64,000 nt of DNA from contig CAVYGB010000008.1 in NCBI GenBank assembly GCA_963767925.1, positions 320,001 through 384,000 on the forward strand, in the 5' to 3' direction. The notes under the pieces were generated by a model. The model had not been told where the DNA came from, made no database searches, and saw only the letters and a list, made by a program, of their open reading frames with translations. The stretch's first letter is position 1; each line of letters opens with the position of its first letter. Source of the stretch: an uncultured delta proteobacterium (lineage in GTDB: Bacteria; Myxococcota_A; Polyangia; Fen-1088). Below, piece after piece: positions 59,866 through 64,000 of the stretch. Both the position numbers and the translations under genes were made by a program.

Positions 59866-59893
59866 AACGTAACATACGAACTTAGCATGTAAA
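59866..59893 (-). promoter_or_regulatory. Candidate sigma70-type promoter of the ccmF block
   Basis: Minus strand TTTACA-16nt-TACGTT with TG just upstream of the -10 hexamer, in an AT-rich patch. Confidence 0.45.
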
Positions 59894-59952
59894 AATGGCC
59901 GCTCCGAGCTGCGCCGCCGAGTTCCCGAGATCCCGGGGTCGGCGGGGGTGGA

Positions 59953-60627
59953 TCAGGACCCGGCGTCCTCCACATCGAACACCCGGGTCTCGAGGTCGTC
60001 GTCATCGGCGAGCTGGTCGCGGGTCCGGGCGCTGCCCCGGTCCGCGACGGCCTTGGCCTGCGACATGATGGCGATCTTGGCCCGCAGCAGGGCCCGGAAG
60101 TCGGTGGCGCCGTCCCCTTCGAGGGGAACATCCAGCCAGAGCAGCGAGGGGGTGCCGTGGGCCTGCTGGCGCGCCTTGCGGGCGGCGGGCGAGAGGGCTC
60201 TCCAGTCGACCGCCTCGGCGGCGGCCGCCTCGAGCGAGAGGATCCCCACCGGGAGCTGGTCGTAGATGTGCATCGAGCAGAGCGGTTTGCCCTCGTGTAG
60301 GTAGCGCAGCGCCCATCCCGACTCCGGTCCGTAGAAATACACGTCCTCGAGGACGCCCTTCTGTTTCAGCAAGAACGTTCGAATGAGGTCGAGCCGCTTG
60401 CCGAGGGAGAGCGGGAGCTGCGCGGCGAAGGCGGGTGGGGTGGGCTGCTGACTGCGCTTGGGGAACGCCGGTCGCGGCGCGCGGGGCCGGGCCGTCTCGC
60501 GGGGCTCCCTGGCGGGGGCCTTGACCGGGGGCGCCTCCTTTGCCGCGCGACGGGCCGGCGGCAGGGGCGGAGGGGACTTCGACATCCGCTTCTTGTTCTT
60601 GCTGTCGGGCGGGCCTGCGGAGGCCAT
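59953..60627 (-). CDS. DUF3788-like protein
   Basis: YFYGPESGWALRY..KPLCSMH after a Pro/Arg-rich N-terminus. Start is 60627 or 60585. Confidence 0.6.
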   Translation of the reverse strand: MASAGPPDSKNKKRMSKSPPPLPPARRAAKEAPPVKAPAREPRETARPRAPRPAFPKRSQQPTPPAFAAQLPLSLGKRLDLIRTFLLKQKGVLEDVYFYGPESGWALRYLHEGKPLCSMHIYDQLPVGILSLEAAAAEAVDWRALSPAARKARQQAHGTPSLLWLDVPLEGDGATDFRALLRAKIAIMSQAKAVADRGSARTRDQLADDDDLETRVFDVEDAGS

Positions 60628-60632
60628 TGCCC

Positions 60633-61295
60633 TCACGCCGGTCCCTGGGCCGCGCGGCGGTTCTGCCACCACGCCCGCAGGTAGCCGATGATCCCAGGCA
60701 GCAGGGACAGGAAGATGATGAGGATGATGAGCTTGTCGATGTGCTTGGTGATCCCGGGGAACTTCACCGCCAGGCCGTATCCCAGCCAGGTCATGCTCAG
60801 CACCCAGAAGATGCCCCCGAACACGTTGTAGCTGAGGAAGCGGCGATACTCCATCTGACCCACCCCCGCCACGACGGGGGCGAAGGTGCGGATGATGGGC
60901 ATGAAGCGGGCGATGATGATGGTCTTGCCCCCGTGCTTCTCGTAAAACGCTTTCGTCTTGAGCAGGTGCTTGGTGGAAAAGAGCAGCGACTTCTCCCGCT
61001 TGAAGATGCGGGGGCCCGTCTTGGCCCCGATCCAGTAGCCCAGGGTGTCGCCGGCGATGGCGGCCAGGGAGACGAAGATGTTGACCCACAGGATGTCGAG
61101 CAGGGGCTTGCCCGCCGGGTTGGACGAGGTGCAGAAGATCCCGGCGGTCACGAGCAAGGAGTCGCCGGGCAAGAAGAAGCCCACCAGCAGGCCGGTCTCC
61201 GCGAAGATGATGGCGACCAGGCCGAGCAGGCCGCCCCACTCGACCAGACCCTGGACATCATAGACGCGGCGAAACAGATCGATCAGGTCTTGCAA
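60633..61295 (-). CDS. DedA family membrane protein
   Basis: FAETGLLVGFFLPGDSLL, GDTLGYWIG, ARFMPIIRTFAPVVAG. AGGAG RBS before a TTG start. Confidence 0.93.
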   Translation of the reverse strand: MQDLIDLFRRVYDVQGLVEWGGLLGLVAIIFAETGLLVGFFLPGDSLLVTAGIFCTSSNPAGKPLLDILWVNIFVSLAAIAGDTLGYWIGAKTGPRIFKREKSLLFSTKHLLKTKAFYEKHGGKTIIIARFMPIIRTFAPVVAGVGQMEYRRFLSYNVFGGIFWVLSMTWLGYGLAVKFPGITKHIDKLIILIIFLSLLPGIIGYLRAWWQNRRAAQGPA

Positions 61296-61374
61296 GCGCG
61301 GGCTCCTTGCGGTTTGGGACGAGGACCTAACACGACTGTGGCGGAAAAGGAAAAGGGTGTCGACCTTTGCCGCG

Positions 61375-61860
61375 TCAACCGGTAGGTGGTCGGGCCTTGC
61401 CCCCCAGCTTGACGATGATCTTCCACTGCTCGGGCGTCACCGGCTGCACCGACAGGCGGCTGCGCTGCAGGAGCACCATGTCCTCGAGGCCGGCCGTCTG
61501 CCGGAGCTCGTCGAGCGGGACCTCCCGGGCAAACTTGCTCTCCCAGCAGATATCGACCCCGAACCAGCGCGGGGTGTCGCGCGGCGAGTCGGCGTCGTGA
61601 TAGTCGGAGGCAGGATCGAACTGGGACGGATCGGGGCGGCCCGCCCCCACCACGCTGGCCGTGCCCGCGACCGCGGGCGGGTCGGCGCTGGAATGGTAAA
61701 AGAGCACCCCGTCCCCAACCTTCATCTCGTCGCGCAGGAGGTTTCTCGCCTGATAGTTTCGCACCCCATCCCAGAAGCTCGTCTTCCCCGGCGCCCGCGC
61801 CAGGTGGTCGATGGAGAACACGTCCGGTTCGGACTTCATCAGCCAGTAGCGCTTCGCCAT
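61375..61860 (-). CDS. EVE domain protein
   Basis: YWLMKSEP, WDGVRNYQARN, FYHS, RLSVQPV. Confidence 0.93.
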   Translation of the reverse strand: MAKRYWLMKSEPDVFSIDHLARAPGKTSFWDGVRNYQARNLLRDEMKVGDGVLFYHSSADPPAVAGTASVVGAGRPDPSQFDPASDYHDADSPRDTPRWFGVDICWESKFAREVPLDELRQTAGLEDMVLLQRSRLSVQPVTPEQWKIIVKLGGKARPPTG

Positions 61861-61906
61861 GTCCGTCGATCCGGGGCCTGACCATACCAGGCGCCGGGGC
61901 CGGCGC

Positions 61907-62722
61907 ATGGCCATCGTCGCGGCGGTCCTCCTGCTGGGCGCGGCCGCCCTCCTGGGGCTGGGCCGGCGGCCGCTCGAGCGGCGGCTGGTCTACGCACCCA
62001 GCCGGACCCTGGCGACAACGCCGGCGGCGTTCGGCCTGCGCCACGAGGATCTGACCCTCGAGGCCCGGGACGGCGTTCGCCTGCACGCCTGGCACATCCG
62101 GGTCCCCGAGCCGGCGGGGCTGGTGCTGTTCTTCCACGGCAACGGGGGCAACATCGGCGACCGCCTGCCCCAGGCCGCCGCCTTCGCCCGCGAGCGCCTC
62201 GACACCTTGCTGCTCGACTACCGGGGCTACGGGCGCAGCGAGGGCACCCCCTGGGAAGAGGGGCTGTACCTCGACGCGGAGGCGGCGTTCTCCTGGGGCG
62301 TGCGCCGCGGCCTGACCCTGGTGCTCTACGGTGAATCGCTGGGCGGCGCGGTCGTCGCCGAGCTCGCCCTGCGGCGTTCGGCCAGCGCGGTGGTTCTGCA
62401 GAGCACCTTCACCACTCTGGCCGACATGGCCGATCGCGTGGTGCCCCTGGTCGGGCGCTGGCTGGTGAGTCAGCGCTTCGACACCGCAGGCAAGGTCCCC
62501 CACATCCGCCAGCCGATCTTGATCGTCCATGGCGCCGCCGACGACCTGGTCCCCCACACCATGGGCGCCCGGCTGTATCAGCTGGTGCCCACCCAGCGCG
62601 AGTTCCTCTCCCTGCCCGGCGTGGGCCACAACGACGTCGCGGCCCACGCCTCGGAGATCGCCCGCCGGGTGTCTGCCCTGGTGGTTCGCAGCGCCGGCCG
62701 CACCCTTCAGGGCCCGCTGTGA
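61907..62722 (+). CDS. Alpha/beta hydrolase (ABHD13/YfhR-like)
   Basis: FFHGNGGN, DYRGYG.SEG, nucleophile GESLG, HGAADDLVP, GHND. Alternative start at 61859. Confidence 0.9.
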   Translation: MAIVAAVLLLGAAALLGLGRRPLERRLVYAPSRTLATTPAAFGLRHEDLTLEARDGVRLHAWHIRVPEPAGLVLFFHGNGGNIGDRLPQAAAFARERLDTLLLDYRGYGRSEGTPWEEGLYLDAEAAFSWGVRRGLTLVLYGESLGGAVVAELALRRSASAVVLQSTFTTLADMADRVVPLVGRWLVSQRFDTAGKVPHIRQPILIVHGAADDLVPHTMGARLYQLVPTQREFLSLPGVGHNDVAAHASEIARRVSALVVRSAGRTLQGPL

Positions 62723-62746
62723 GCGGGCCCGACCGGCGCGGTCACC

Positions 62747-64000
62747 TCAGTCTGCGCACTTGAAGCGAACGAACATCACCTCGTCGAGGCGCTCGTTCTG
62801 GTAGACGACCGCGTATTCGTCGGCCATGTCGTTGTAGACAACCGCGGGGAAGCGGCCGATGTCGTCGATGACGACCTGCCCCGGCTTGAGCTGGCCGCTG
62901 GCCTGCATGCGGGCCAGGAAGATCCGCTGCCCGGGGAAGCCGTAAAAGCCGATCAGGCTGGTCATGAGGCCACCCGAGGCGATGGTCGGCCAGTTGCCGT
63001 TCTCGTCGTAGGCCCGCTGGGGCGTCCCCACCTGGGAGCCGTCGGCGCTGGCGGTGGTGGCATAGATGGCGGCCTCGCCGTCGCGCTCGTCCTCCCAGGC
63101 CAGCACCCAGCGCTGCACGTTCCACTGCACGACCGGGTTGGTGGCGTCCTCGTCGAAGCCGGTGCGCACCACCACCTCGGTCTGCACGGTGAGCTGGGGG
63201 TCGAGCAGGGTCAGGACGATCTGGGCCATGGGCTTGTTGCGCTGGTAGATGACGGCCACCCGGTCGTCGCTGACCGCGACGTGGGGATACTGCCCGTCGC
63301 TGGCCTCGTCGAACGTCCGCACCGGCTGGACGACGGTGCCGTCGTTGTCGAGCCGCGATACCCGCGCGACCGTGCGCGCCGGCAGGCCGCCGGCGGCGGC
63401 CACTCGGTCGCGGTAGGTGATGTAGAGCTGGTTGTGGCCGGCCGCCACGTAGGGGCGCCGTTGCACCGCCGCCACGGGGGAGATGACCACCGGCGGCTGG
63501 CCGCCGGGCCGCCCGTCGGCCCCCAGCAGCACCGACTCCACCGATCCCATCGTGCAGCCCGCGGCGTTGTTGCCGTCGCAGTTCTCGTAGACCACCACGA
63601 ACCCCTGATCATCGCTGCGGGGGACGATCTCCGGGCTGGTGGCCTGGCCGGCGGTGTCGGCGATGAGCACGTCGCCGAACCCGGCGACCCGCGCCCCCGC
63701 TGGCGTCAGCCAGGTGGCGTAGATGTTGCTGCCGCTGGCGCGCTCGTCGGCCCAGACCACGAGGTAGTTCGTCCCGTTCCAGTGGATGGCCGGCTGTCCC
63801 GAATGTGCGGCCGCGTTGGTGACCCGCACGGGGCTGAAGACCGGGCAAGCGGTGGGGGGAGGCGGATCGGCGTCCTCTTCGGGGTCGGCGTCGGGCGTCG
63901 GGTCGTCGCCGTCCGGGCTGGCGGCGTCCTCGTCACCGCCCGCGTCCGGGATCGGGATCTGGTCAGCGTTGCCCCCGCAGCCCTGCACGGCGACGAGGAA
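62747..64000 (-). CDS. Putative lipoprotein with repeated beta-rich motifs; start lies beyond the window
   Basis: LVAVQGC lipobox-like motif at the window edge, acidic PDA-rich linker, repeats WNGTNYLVVWADER and WNVQRWVLAWEDER. Confidence 0.72.
   Translation of the reverse strand, partial: FLVAVQGCGGNADQIPIPDAGGDEDAASPDGDDPTPDADPEEDADPPPPTACPVFSPVRVTNAAAHSGQPAIHWNGTNYLVVWADERASGSNIYATWLTPAGARVAGFGDVLIADTAGQATSPEIVPRSDDQGFVVVYENCDGNNAAGCTMGSVESVLLGADGRPGGQPPVVISPVAAVQRRPYVAAGHNQLYITYRDRVAAAGGLPARTVARVSRLDNDGTVVQPVRTFDEASDGQYPHVAVSDDRVAVIYQRNKPMAQIVLTLLDPQLTVQTEVVVRTGFDEDATNPVVQWNVQRWVLAWEDERDGEAAIYATTASADGSQVGTPQRAYDENGNWPTIASGGLMTSLIGFYGFPGQRIFLARMQASGQLKPGQVVIDDIGRFPAVVYNDMADEYAVVYQNERLDEVMFVRFKCAD

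Overview
Very GC-rich bacterial chromosomal segment. A MYXO-CTERM-like tail, a PEGA Ser/Thr kinase and a Glt/Nfs-type operon point to a Myxococcota-like host (inference). In order it carries: an S9 peptidase with two histidine kinases and an OmpR regulator; secreted DUF2341/LamG and FG-GAP proteins; a double-domain DsbA; an AftB-like glycosyltransferase; an NrtABCD-type ABC transporter; a five-gene transglutaminase / circularly permuted ATP-grasp / alpha-E cluster followed by glycogen phosphorylase; exported MsrBA; a TonB-dependent receptor; a Ser/Thr kinase; a GltC-H/NfsC-H-like envelope operon; metF; an atypical ClpX paralogue; an ArsC/Spx protein; enolase; an acyl-CoA dehydrogenase; a System I cytochrome c maturation region with uncharacterised accessory genes; and DUF3788, DedA, EVE, hydrolase and lipoprotein genes. 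Frameshifts cluster at about 16-24.5 kb and 49-58.8 kb and also hit enolase, so they are most likely assembly indels. Gene ends in those blocks are reconstructed. No rRNA, tRNA, CRISPR array, integrase or transposase was recognised. All family calls are by motif recognition, without database searches. The best system-level leads are the ATP-grasp/transglutaminase cluster between N-uptake and glycogen genes, the Glt/Nfs-like operon lacking A/B subunits, the ClpX paralogue with altered pore loops, and the expanded ccm region.
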